A program made the translations under genes and the position numbers. This document shows positions 1-8,503 of a DNA stretch of 64,000 bases, one piece after another (position 1 is the stretch's first letter; each line of letters starts with the position of its first letter). A model generated the notes under the pieces. It did not search any database. It saw nothing but the letters and a program-made list of their open reading frames with translations, and was not told the origin of the DNA. Source of the DNA: Flavobacteriaceae bacterium UBA3611 (GTDB lineage Bacteria; Bacteroidota; Bacteroidia; Flavobacteriales; Flavobacteriaceae); the NCBI GenBank assembly GCA_002375495.1, contig DFLU01000005.1, forward strand, positions 103,503-167,502, given 5' to 3'.

Positions 1-414
1 GCTATTTCTTCGGAAAGAGGAAATCAAGAAGTTATGATGGAGTTCCATTTGCTTCCCACAGAAATAGAAGGAAAATACACCTATACCTTGGTTTATGGTG
101 AAGGTGAATCAAAACAAGTACGAGAATACCATCTACTGGAAAAGAATAAAGAAAAAGGAACGTACGTGGTAGATGAAAATAATGGGATTGTTTTAGACGA
201 CAAAGTGATTGGCAATAGGATGTATGCGCTATTTGAAGTAAACGAAACGCTACTAACTACTTTTATCACTTTTGAAACCGACCACCTAGTCTTTGAAATT
301 GTGGCCACGCCAAAGGCGAAGAAGCGCGTTACACACGCTGATGATGAAGCTAAAACTGAAGTGATTTCATACCCCATCACCACCGTACAACGCGCCGTAT
401 TACAAAAGCAATAA
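1..414 (+). CDS. Hypothetical protein, 5' end outside window
   Basis: Frame 1 is open from base 1 (AISSERGNQEV-MMEF...) to TAA at 412-414; the ORF track starts at the first in-window Met (34). Confidence 0.65.
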   Translation, partial: AISSERGNQEVMMEFHLLPTEIEGKYTYTLVYGEGESKQVREYHLLEKNKEKGTYVVDENNGIVLDDKVIGNRMYALFEVNETLLTTFITFETDHLVFEIVATPKAKKRVTHADDEAKTEVISYPITTVQRAVLQKQ

Positions 415-441
415 GAAGTTTTTTAATTGTATTTCTTTCTG

Positions 442-449
442 TACATTTG
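442..449 (+). promoter_or_regulatory. Bacteroidetes sigma70 -7 element for the riboswitch-metK transcript
   Basis: TACATTTG matches TAnnTTTG and ends 9 nt before the riboswitch P1 stem. Confidence 0.55.
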
Positions 450-457
450 CACCCATT

Positions 458-556
458 AAGAGGAAAGATTTGACTGATTGCAACCTCTTCTGAATCGAAG
501 AAAATTCGAGGATGAGACTCCGAAACAAGATCGGGGTAAAAAATGCTAAAGGCAGT
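458..556 (+). ncRNA. SAM-II class riboswitch, long-loop type
   Basis: P1 AAGAGG(458-463)/CCTCTT(484-489) encloses GATTTGACTGATTGCAA (SAM-II GAUUU...UUGC core). The 3' pseudoknot strand TGCTAAAGGCAGT (544-556) pairs with GCA, TT and ACTG. Two hairpins lie in the long L3 loop; metK is directly downstream. Confidence 0.8.
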
Positions 557-617
557 GTAAACTACCTTCGACGCTCTCGTCAAATCTCCCGCACACTCAA
601 TAATTAAATGTATTTTC

Positions 618-1874
618 ATGGCATATCTATTTACTTCAGAAAGTGTTTCTGAAGGCCACCCAGACAAAGTTGCAGACCAGATTAGCGACGCACTTATCGA
701 CAACTTTTTAGCGTTCGACCCACAGAGCAAAGTAGCCTGTGAAACCCTAGTAACCACAGGACAGGTGGTATTGGCAGGTGAAGTTAAAAGTGCCGTATAT
801 CTAGATGTGCAAAAAATTGCACGTGATGTAATTAACAAAATCGGGTACACAAAAGGTGCCTACCAATTTGATGGAAATTCTTGTGGGGTACTTTCTGCCA
901 TTCACGAACAAAGTGAAGACATTAACCGTGGGGTAGACAGAGATAGCAAAGAAGAACAAGGCGCGGGTGACCAAGGAATGATGTTTGGCTACGCTACCAA
1001 AGAGACCGAAGACTATATGCCGCTGGCGCTCGACCTTTCACACCGTATCTTAAAAGAGCTCGCCCAATTGCGTCGCGAAGAAAAGGATATTCCGTATTTG
1101 AGACCCGACTCAAAAAGTCAGGTAACCATCGAATATAATGACGACAACTCACCTGTTCGAATCGACTCGATTGTGGTATCGACACAACACGACGAATTTG
1201 ACAGTAATGATGACGCCATGTTGGCAAAGATTAAATCTGATATCATCACGATTCTTATTCCACGGGTAAAGGCGCAACTCAAACCAGAGATTGCTGCGCT
1301 TTTTACAGACGACATTACCTACCATATTAATCCTACGGGAAAATTTGTAATTGGGGGCCCACACGGGGACACCGGCCTTACCGGACGAAAAATTATCGTA
1401 GACACCTATGGCGGAAAAGGTGCACACGGTGGTGGTGCATTTAGCGGAAAAGATCCAAGTAAAGTAGACCGATCTGCGGCCTATGCTACACGGCATATCG
1501 CTAAAAACTTAGTAGCTGCTGGCCTTTGTAATGAAGTATTGGTGCAAGTAAGTTATGCGATAGGCGTTGTAGAACCTATGGGGATTTTTGTAGATACCTA
1601 CGGAACAAGCACTGTAAACATGACCGACGGCGAAATTGCCAAAAAAGTAGCCAACATCTTCGACATGCGCCCTGCAGCCATCGAATCGCGGCTTAAATTA
1701 CGACAGCCGATGTATTCAGAAACTGCTGCGTACGGACATATGGGACGAAAAAATGAAGTGGTGACCAAGACATTCGATATTCCGAATGGCGACAGTAAAA
1801 CGATGGATGTTGAATTGTTTACGTGGGAAAAACTAGACTATGTAGACCAAGTAAAAGAAGCATTCAGTTTATAA
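618..1874 (+). CDS. metK: S-adenosylmethionine synthetase
   Basis: [19 protein letters not shown] and GGGAFSGKD signature motifs. Confidence 0.99.
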   Translation: MAYLFTSESVSEGHPDKVADQISDALIDNFLAFDPQSKVACETLVTTGQVVLAGEVKSAVYLDVQKIARDVINKIGYTKGAYQFDGNSCGVLSAIHEQSEDINRGVDRDSKEEQGAGDQGMMFGYATKETEDYMPLALDLSHRILKELAQLRREEKDIPYLRPDSKSQVTIEYNDDNSPVRIDSIVVSTQHDEFDSNDDAMLAKIKSDIITILIPRVKAQLKPEIAALFTDDITYHINPTGKFVIGGPHGDTGLTGRKIIVDTYGGKGAHGGGAFSGKDPSKVDRSAAYATRHIAKNLVAAGLCNEVLVQVSYAIGVVEPMGIFVDTYGTSTVNMTDGEIAKKVANIFDMRPAAIESRLKLRQPMYSETAAYGHMGRKNEVVTKTFDIPNGDSKTMDVELFTWEKLDYVDQVKEAFSL

Positions 1875-1900
1875 AAACTAAGTAAAGTTGAATACACAAG

Positions 1901-1928
1901 ATGCCCGTTAATTCGGGCATTTTTTTTT
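1901..1928 (+). terminator. Intrinsic terminator between convergent metK and regulator gene
   Basis: ATGCCCG-TTAATT-CGGGCAT hairpin followed by a T run. Confidence 0.85.
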
Positions 1929-2577
1929 AAATAATGTTATGGTTTTTGGCTTTTTGCACGGCTTCAATTTTACTGTGCACCTGTAATTTTTTGTAGATGT
2001 TCTCGATGTGTTTCCGCACCGTGCTGGGCGATAAAAATAAATTTTCAGCAATAGCGGTATAACTCAGTCCAGTGCTAAGCTGTTCTAGGACCTCCACCTC
2101 CCGCTTCGACAACGAAATTTCTTCATGGTCTCTCGGATTTTGGATATCGATTGGATTACGCAACAGTTTGAGCGTTTTTAGTGCTATGGAAGGGTTCATG
2201 GCTGCGCCACCGTTAAGCGTGTCCTTAATACCCTCATACAAGTCTTTTGGATTGATCTCTTTCAGCAGATAGCCATCGGCACCCGCTTTTATGGCATTGA
2301 AAATATTTTCATCATTATCGAAAGCTGTGAGCATGATAATTTTTAATTGCGGGTATTTTTGCTTCACCACTTGGGTTGTTTCTATACCGTTTAAAACAGG
2401 CATTTCAATATCCATTAAAATGATATCCAAATGTTGGCTCTGTTCTAATTTGGTTAACAATTCACTGCCATTGGTTGCAGTGTGTTTCACCGTGATTTCA
2501 TCAAAAAAAGAAAGCTTCTCTTTAATGGCATGAATCAAGAAGGTATTGTCGTCTACAATGGCTACACGTATGCTCAT
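1927..2577 (-). CDS. NarL/LuxR-family response regulator
   Basis: REC domain (VDD, phosphoacceptor D56 in LMDIEMP, GADGYLLK) plus LuxR HTH (LSKREVEVL...SPSTVRKHIENIYKKL). Confidence 0.95.
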   Translation of the reverse strand: MSIRVAIVDDNTFLIHAIKEKLSFFDEITVKHTATNGSELLTKLEQSQHLDIILMDIEMPVLNGIETTQVVKQKYPQLKIIMLTAFDNDENIFNAIKAGADGYLLKEINPKDLYEGIKDTLNGGAAMNPSIALKTLKLLRNPIDIQNPRDHEEISLSKREVEVLEQLSTGLSYTAIAENLFLSPSTVRKHIENIYKKLQVHSKIEAVQKAKNHNII

Positions 2578-2628
2578 ATCTTGGTTAGTTTACAGACTTA
2601 AAGGTAGTTAAATCTAAGCACATGCCAC

Positions 2629-2644
2629 TAGGGCATATGCCCTA
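2629..2644 (-). promoter_or_regulatory. Putative response-regulator box A
   Basis: Perfect palindrome TAGGGCATATGCCCTA, 22 nt from minus-strand TACCTTTA (2599-2606), upstream of the regulator gene. Confidence 0.7.
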
Positions 2645-2681
2645 TTTCAACAAACAAATGCCTCATAGTTTGGTCACTCTA

Positions 2682-2933
2682 CTACTGTGGCACATCTATT
2701 TCAGGCTGGGGTTGTAGCGCTTCATTTATATTGTACTGTAAAAAATCGTACCGCTGTAAACTGTTGTGCCTTTTGGTAATCTGTGATTGGTGTATGGCTA
2801 AGCTTTGGGCCAAGTTTTCCATCCGCTCGCTGTGCTTCCCCTTTAATTTTCTGCTACGCAAAAGGCTTAGCAACCACCCCCCAATACAAAGGGCCAACGT
2901 ACAAGATAGTATGGTGATTTGAATAGCGTCCAT
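2682..2933 (-). CDS. Small protein with N-terminal TM helix
   Basis: 83 aa with hydrophobic ITILSCTLALCIGGWLLSLL; lies between kinase and regulator and has its own box upstream. Confidence 0.6.
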   Translation of the reverse strand: MDAIQITILSCTLALCIGGWLLSLLRSRKLKGKHSERMENLAQSLAIHQSQITKRHNSLQRYDFLQYNINEALQPQPEIDVPQ

Positions 2934-2980
2934 TTCACGGTTTATAGTTTAAAATTACGGGATGCTAATGGCAAAATCTA

Positions 2981-2996
2981 TACGGCAGTTGCCCTA
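2981..2996 (-). promoter_or_regulatory. Putative response-regulator box B
   Basis: TACGGCAGTTGCCCTA, 23 nt from minus-strand TAATTTTA (2950-2957); overlaps the kinase TAG stop. Confidence 0.65.
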
Positions 2997-4982
2997 ATTT
3001 TTAAAAGATATCGTGACGGTAGTGCCTTTGCCTTCTTCAGAAATAATATTGGCCTTACCTCCTATATCGCGGGTGCGTTTTCTAATGTTTGAAAGCCCAT
3101 TGCCAGCTTCAATGGTTTCTTTGTTAAAACCAATGCCGTTGTCTACAATATTTATCACAATCGTATAATCGTTTGCTAAGGTTTTCATGTCTACGGAAAT
3201 TTTAGTAGCCTTGGCATACTTTAGTGCATTATTCACTGCTTCTTGTATTATTCGGTACACGTTCATACCTTGAACTGATGTGAAGACTTGATTTTTGATA
3301 TCTTCATCGGTGGTAAAACTGAATTCGACACTGTTATCTACCTTACTGGCCTTTTCAATAAAGTTAGCGATACGCACTTGAAGGTCTTCTGCCGTGATAT
3401 TACTTTTATTCATCGCCCAAATGGTATCGCGTAGCTCATAAATTGTTTGGGTAGTAAATTCACTAATATTGCCCAATTTCCCAGTAATTGTATCATTGGT
3501 TCCGTCTAAAGCATATTTTAAATTGTCGATAGAAGAAGTTACAAAAGTTAGTTGCGAACCAATATTATCGTGCAGGTCTCTAGAGATCCTAAGGCGTTGT
3601 TCCTGAAGTTTGTTCTGTGTTTCAATACGGGCCAGCGCTGTCTGTAGCTCAGATTCTTTTTTTAACTGTCTGTTTTTCAGTTTTTGCTGATTGTACAACA
3701 AGTAACCTACTAAACCTAAGGCTACCGCCAATGAAAATCCGCCATAGATTAGTGTATTTTTACGCCGTACCTGAAGGTCTTTTTCAGCTAGCTGTGCGCG
3801 TTGGGCAAGAATTTCGTTTTCCTTTTTTTCGGTTTCATATTTGGTTTCCAGCTCTTCAATTGCCTTAGTTTTCGTTTCATCTAAGATCGAGTCGTTAATG
3901 GCGATATATTTCCGAAGGTATTCCACTTCAGCAATAGCATTTTTTCGGTCTTTGGCTAATTCTGCCAAGGAAGAATATGTCTCACGGGCAGAACGTTTTA
4001 TATTGTTATCCAGAGCATAGGTCAAGCCTCTTTTAAGGTAGGTTTCGGCCAATTGATAGCGCTTCTGCAATCGTAGATTTTCACCAAAGCTTGAAAACGA
4101 ATGGGCCAAACCGTTTTTATCGTTTATTTCTTCACGCACCGCGATAGATTGTTCAAAAAAATCATCGGCACGCTTAAAATCTTCTAGTTTTGTGTAAGCT
4201 AACGCAATATTTGCAAGATTAGACGCTTCTAATTTCCTGTCGCCTAATTCTTGGCTAATAGCCAAAGCTTTTTTATAGGTAGCAATAGCTTCGTCATATT
4301 TTTTTTGATAATCGAATATAGCGCCTACATTATTGTACCCTTGTTGAAGCCCGGTAATATTGCCCAGTTTTTTTTGTTCCTCTAAAGCTTTGAGCAAGTA
4401 CGTAGTGGCTTTGTCATAATCCTGCATATAATAGTACACCACGCCAATATTGTTGTATCCATCTGCAATGCCTTCTCTATTGTTTGAAGTTTCTTCGGCC
4501 CGAAGTGCTATAAATAATCTATCGAGTGCCTGTTGATAATCGCCCTTGCGAATATCTACCATTGCCAGATTGTTATAGACTATAGCTCTTCCTATTTCAG
4601 AGTTTTCATTTTCTACGATTTTTAAAGCGGTATTGTAGACAACTACCGCACTATCATACAAGGTCTTTCGCTCGTAATAGTTCCCCAAAGTGCTCAGGTT
4701 CATCCACTCTCCTTTTTTATACTTCAGTTCTTTTGACAATTCAAGGCCTTGCAGTACAAAAGACTTTGCACTATCGACCGCCGTAACATTGTAATGGGCA
4801 GCGATTTTATGAAGCAACACTACTTTATTGGTATCTGAAGGCATTCGGTTGAGCACCTGTAATGTACTGTCGATATTTTTAATGGTCTTTTGGGAAAAAC
4901 CCAGTTGCGAGCTTCCCACTAAAAAAAGAAGTATCACGAATTGACGAAGCAAGTTCGTGCGAAGCTTTTGAGGAAAATCCAT
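2994..4982 (-). CDS. TPR-repeat sensor histidine kinase (HisKA_3 type)
   Basis: Signal-like N-terminus, multiple TPRs (YNNLA, YNNIG, YNNVG), TM helix, H-box RDLHDNIG, N-box EAVNNALKYA, DNGIGF and GNGLSNI. Confidence 0.95.
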   Translation of the reverse strand: MDFPQKLRTNLLRQFVILLFLVGSSQLGFSQKTIKNIDSTLQVLNRMPSDTNKVVLLHKIAAHYNVTAVDSAKSFVLQGLELSKELKYKKGEWMNLSTLGNYYERKTLYDSAVVVYNTALKIVENENSEIGRAIVYNNLAMVDIRKGDYQQALDRLFIALRAEETSNNREGIADGYNNIGVVYYYMQDYDKATTYLLKALEEQKKLGNITGLQQGYNNVGAIFDYQKKYDEAIATYKKALAISQELGDRKLEASNLANIALAYTKLEDFKRADDFFEQSIAVREEINDKNGLAHSFSSFGENLRLQKRYQLAETYLKRGLTYALDNNIKRSARETYSSLAELAKDRKNAIAEVEYLRKYIAINDSILDETKTKAIEELETKYETEKKENEILAQRAQLAEKDLQVRRKNTLIYGGFSLAVALGLVGYLLYNQQKLKNRQLKKESELQTALARIETQNKLQEQRLRISRDLHDNIGSQLTFVTSSIDNLKYALDGTNDTITGKLGNISEFTTQTIYELRDTIWAMNKSNITAEDLQVRIANFIEKASKVDNSVEFSFTTDEDIKNQVFTSVQGMNVYRIIQEAVNNALKYAKATKISVDMKTLANDYTIVINIVDNGIGFNKETIEAGNGLSNIRKRTRDIGGKANIISEEGKGTTVTISFKN

Positions 4983-5016
4983 ACAGGTTTGGTTAGTTAA
5001 TGAAAATTTCCAAAAG

Positions 5017-6423
5017 TTACTCTAAACTTTTCACTAACGAACCATCTTTCCAAATCCCCACCTGTTTTTTATAATCTTTATCGTGGTAATATCCTTTTCC
5101 TTCATACATTCCATTCACCCATTCGCCGCCATAATAGCCACCTCCTTCAAAAAAGTACCTGCCAAAACCATGAAATTGATTTTCAGCATTAAACGTACCG
5201 CTGTATTTATCACCATTTGAAAAATTATAGGTACCAAGATGCATTTTTCCACCTTTAAAAAAGCCGATAAAGGTATCGCCGTTTGTCCATACAAACTTTC
5301 CATATTTATCATCGCAATCGCCAGCTGTACATCCTGATTCTACATTATTAGAGCTATAGGTATAGGGAGTAGTAAGCGTTCCCTTATTAAAGAGCCCTTG
5401 TTCCCACTTGTTTCCTGTTACGGTATATCCTACTCCGTTTAGCTCTCCGTTTTGATACATACCCGCAATATTATCTTCGTTATCAGCTATATAAATTCCG
5501 TAGCCATTCATTTGGTCATTTCTCCAATTGCCAATGTACTTCCCAACGCCATTCCATTTATATAGACCGTATCCATTTTTCTTTCCGTTTTCCCAGAAAC
5601 CATCATAGTAGCCATTTTCATATTGCAGCTTGCCCCAGCCGTTTTCACAATTACCACGAACACAACCTGAAGCAGTATCAGTGTCGACCGTAGAGGTTTC
5701 AGAACCTTTATAAATTTCTACGGGTTTATACACATAAGACGCAGTAGTATAATATGCTGGTAATACGTAACGAACAGCACCATTTTCTTTTACCAACATA
5801 TCGTCACCACTTTGTTCTGTTGTTAGGTTGGTATAGTCTATAGATTTTCCATCTTTAATAATATGGTAGGTATTTTTATCTGCAACACGTGTCCAGTACG
5901 TATTTGAGGCCGAAAAAGGCAACTTTGTTGTGGTCTTTGCACCCCAATCGGCGAAGTTTCGGATTCCGTCCAGGTAGTACGTACTATTCGATCCATCATC
6001 ATAATATACATAGCTTCCGTTAACGTTGGTGAATTTTCCAGTGCTCACGTACTGATCGTTTACGTAATTCGCAAACGAGTTTGGATTGGTGATATAGAAA
6101 TTTGTTCCAATATTTTCAGCAAGAATTGTAGCAGTGCCCGAGCTCCCAATTTCAATATCTTTAAAGTCTTGAAGTAAATAAACAACTCTGTTCGAACGAT
6201 CTAAAACGCTGAGTGTATTTGTTTTCAAAAATTTAAGATCCATGGTATTGGTTAACAAGGTTCCTGACGCGGTCCGGATCTCATAATCCATTTCATTGGT
6301 TTTCTTAAAGGTAGCAACAGAAACTAATGTGTTGGTTTTGGATATGTTAGTAGCCTTGGCCTGTGATATTTTACAGGTGGGTAGCCAAATTAGCAATGAT
6401 AGAAATACAATTAAAAATCTCAT
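5017..6423 (-). CDS. Secreted MORN-repeat protein with extra N-terminal domain
   Basis: Start moved to MRFLIVFL (signal peptide). C-terminal YxGxWxNG-type MORN repeats in two blocks, each opened by CxxGxC. Confidence 0.85.
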   Translation of the reverse strand: MRFLIVFLSLLIWLPTCKISQAKATNISKTNTLVSVATFKKTNEMDYEIRTASGTLLTNTMDLKFLKTNTLSVLDRSNRVVYLLQDFKDIEIGSSGTATILAENIGTNFYITNPNSFANYVNDQYVSTGKFTNVNGSYVYYDDGSNSTYYLDGIRNFADWGAKTTTKLPFSASNTYWTRVADKNTYHIIKDGKSIDYTNLTTEQSGDDMLVKENGAVRYVLPAYYTTASYVYKPVEIYKGSETSTVDTDTASGCVRGNCENGWGKLQYENGYYDGFWENGKKNGYGLYKWNGVGKYIGNWRNDQMNGYGIYIADNEDNIAGMYQNGELNGVGYTVTGNKWEQGLFNKGTLTTPYTYSSNNVESGCTAGDCDDKYGKFVWTNGDTFIGFFKGGKMHLGTYNFSNGDKYSGTFNAENQFHGFGRYFFEGGGYYGGEWVNGMYEGKGYYHDKDYKKQVGIWKDGSLVKSLE

Positions 6424-6458
6424 GGTATGTGTTTTTGTGTTGAAGTGTTTTGTGTCGA

Positions 6459-7274
6459 TTATTTTACGAAGGTTCCATTGTTCCAAGTGCCGTGTTGTAC
6501 GTCACCATTTTTGAAATAGTAGATGCCTTTTCCGTGTCTTTTTCCGTTGCTCCATCCGCCGATATAGTAGTCGCCCGAGCTCCAAAGATAGCTTCCTTGC
6601 CCATGCCTACTCCCGTTCTCAAATTGTCCGTGGTACACACCACCGTCTGGATAGTAATATGAACCAAAATCTACGCGTTTACCATCTCTAAAAAACCCAT
6701 TGTACTTATCGCCGTTGTCCCATTTGTATAGGCCAAATCCGGTATTACAATTACCTGTGCAGTTTCCATTTTTAATGTTATTGATAAAATCAAGACCCTC
6801 GTTGATTGTTAACGTTGAGTTCACATAGTGTCCGGCTTGTTTTAGCTTGTTATCACCCGCCAGAAGATATCCCGGGCCTTCACGTTTATTTTGCTTCCAC
6901 ATACCTCTGTACAATTCTTTGGTGTCATTCCATCCGTAATTACCAAATCCCTCCAACTTTCCTTTGTTGTAAAAACCCAAATAATAGCCATTGGCATATG
7001 TTTCGTAGCCTGGGCCGTGTGGTAGCCCATTTTCAAAAAAGCCTTCATAATATCCTGTTCCAAACTTTTGCTTTCCGTAGCCATTTGTACAATCGCCACT
7101 TACACATTTATCTGCCGGTTTGGTTTCTGAAGACGACTTTTTTGGAGTTGGTGGCTGGGGCACATCAACCGTTGTTGGTTTGGTTTTCGGTGTTCCAGGG
7201 GGTTTAGGTGGTGAAATTTGTGCAAAAAGTACACTCCCTGCAAAGAATAATGCAATTTGGACGATGGTTTTCAT
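6459..7274 (-). CDS. Secreted MORN-repeat protein
   Basis: Signal peptide, Pro/Lys linker, two CxxGxC/CxGxC-led MORN blocks (CVSGDCTNGYG, CTGNCNTGFG). Confidence 0.85.
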   Translation of the reverse strand: MKTIVQIALFFAGSVLFAQISPPKPPGTPKTKPTTVDVPQPPTPKKSSSETKPADKCVSGDCTNGYGKQKFGTGYYEGFFENGLPHGPGYETYANGYYLGFYNKGKLEGFGNYGWNDTKELYRGMWKQNKREGPGYLLAGDNKLKQAGHYVNSTLTINEGLDFINNIKNGNCTGNCNTGFGLYKWDNGDKYNGFFRDGKRVDFGSYYYPDGGVYHGQFENGSRHGQGSYLWSSGDYYIGGWSNGKRHGKGIYYFKNGDVQHGTWNNGTFVK

Positions 7275-7332
7275 AATGGTCTCATTTCTAAATTAATACT
7301 ATAAATTTCTAAAAAAGTGACCAATTACACCA

Positions 7333-7348
7333 TACGGCAGTTGCCTTA
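7333..7348 (-). promoter_or_regulatory. Putative response-regulator box C
   Basis: TACGGCAGTTGCCTTA, 23 nt from minus-strand GAAATTTA (7302-7309), upstream of the MORN genes. Confidence 0.6.
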
Positions 7349-7413
7349 TTTTCTAAAATTGCCAAAAAATATATGAATTCTGAGAGTAGCACCCCTAAAA
7401 TTTTCCGTCTACG

Positions 7414-7665
7414 TTACCGTAAAAGCATCATGATGAGCATGGTAAAACTTACCACTAGGGCAATACCAAAAAGTACATAGTTAGTTTTACTAAACCTATT
7501 ATTAGGTAGTAATTTTTGGGCGCTTCTAGTAAGCCAAAGACCAAGAAGAAGTGCTGGAAGCGCCGTCACTAGGTTGATGTAGTAGACCCACATCCAGCCA
7601 GTGGCCAAACAGCATATTGCACAAATGAATCCGAGAATATTAAAAATTAATGGTTTTTGTTTCAT
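7414..7665 (-). CDS. Small membrane protein
   Basis: 83 aa, three hydrophobic segments, 8 nt downstream of the preceding same-strand gene. Confidence 0.65.
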   Translation of the reverse strand: MKQKPLIFNILGFICAICCLATGWMWVYYINLVTALPALLLGLWLTRSAQKLLPNNRFSKTNYVLFGIALVVSFTMLIMMLLR

Positions 7666-7673
7666 TTTACTAT

Positions 7674-8408
7674 CTATTCAGAAAGACGTTCTAGTTGTTG
7701 TTGTACTTCGGAAGGGTTTTGGTCTGGTTTTGCTATTTTTTCTGAAAGTTCCTTTGCAAATCCGCTGTGTTTGCGAATGGCTACCATACAAAGATCTACC
7801 CCCAAACGGAATAACAGCAATAAGGCTGCAGCCACTATTCCTGCGTCTAAGAATACCATAAAGAAACCGGCTAATATCACTACGAATTGCTGAATGAAGA
7901 TGCGCACGTACGGACTGAAGAATATTTCTGAAGGCGCGTATTCTTTGTACTTTTCAAATTGCCAAAAATTGGAATAGAAATAACCCAAATTGCTTACTAA
8001 TAATGACCCGATGATGAGTAACATTCCGTCCATTTGAAGCAGCACCGAAAAGTTATGAAAAAGTGCAAAACCGTGTGAAAGCCCTGGGATTGAATTTTCA
8101 AAAAAGAAGAATACAAATATCATCTGTATGCCTACAAACATTCCGTAATGGAACAAAAAGAAAACAATAGAACCATAGCCCTGCATACTATTATGGTCTT
8201 TCTTATCTTCTTTCCCGTGTTTAATTACCAAAAAAAGCTTTACAGCATGAAGCAGCCCAATGATGATGGTTTCAAAAAAGTATCCAAAAACAATACTTTC
8301 GGGAGCGGCAAGGCCCAAAACCAATAATATACACAAGAATAATGTTTGGGCGTATATAAGCACATTTGCTTGGTGTAATTGAAAGATATTTTTCAGTAGT
8401 GATGTCAT
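7674..8408 (-). CDS. Integral membrane protein (DUF6498-like)
   Basis: Multi-TM protein with YFFETIIIG, FFLFHYGMF and PYVRIFIQQF motifs. Start moved to MTSLLK because the ORF-track start lies inside a terminator hairpin. Confidence 0.7.
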   Translation of the reverse strand: MTSLLKNIFQLHQANVLIYAQTLFLCILLVLGLAAPESIVFGYFFETIIIGLLHAVKLFLVIKHGKEDKKDHNSMQGYGSIVFFLFHYGMFVGIQMIFVFFFFENSIPGLSHGFALFHNFSVLLQMDGMLLIIGSLLVSNLGYFYSNFWQFEKYKEYAPSEIFFSPYVRIFIQQFVVILAGFFMVFLDAGIVAAALLLLFRLGVDLCMVAIRKHSGFAKELSEKIAKPDQNPSEVQQQLERLSE

Positions 8409-8415
8409 AAATTCG

Positions 8416-8450
8416 ATAAAAAATGGAAACCCCATGTCATTGGGGTTTCC
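8416..8450 (-). terminator. Intrinsic terminator of the beta-propeller gene
   Basis: GGAAACCCCA-TGTCAT-TGGGGTTTCC 10-bp stem with ATTTTTTAT downstream on the minus strand. Confidence 0.75.
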
Positions 8451-8503
8451 GAAGAAAATAAGTCTCCTCTTACTTATTTCCGAAATATAACCTGGTTAGT
8501 TGG

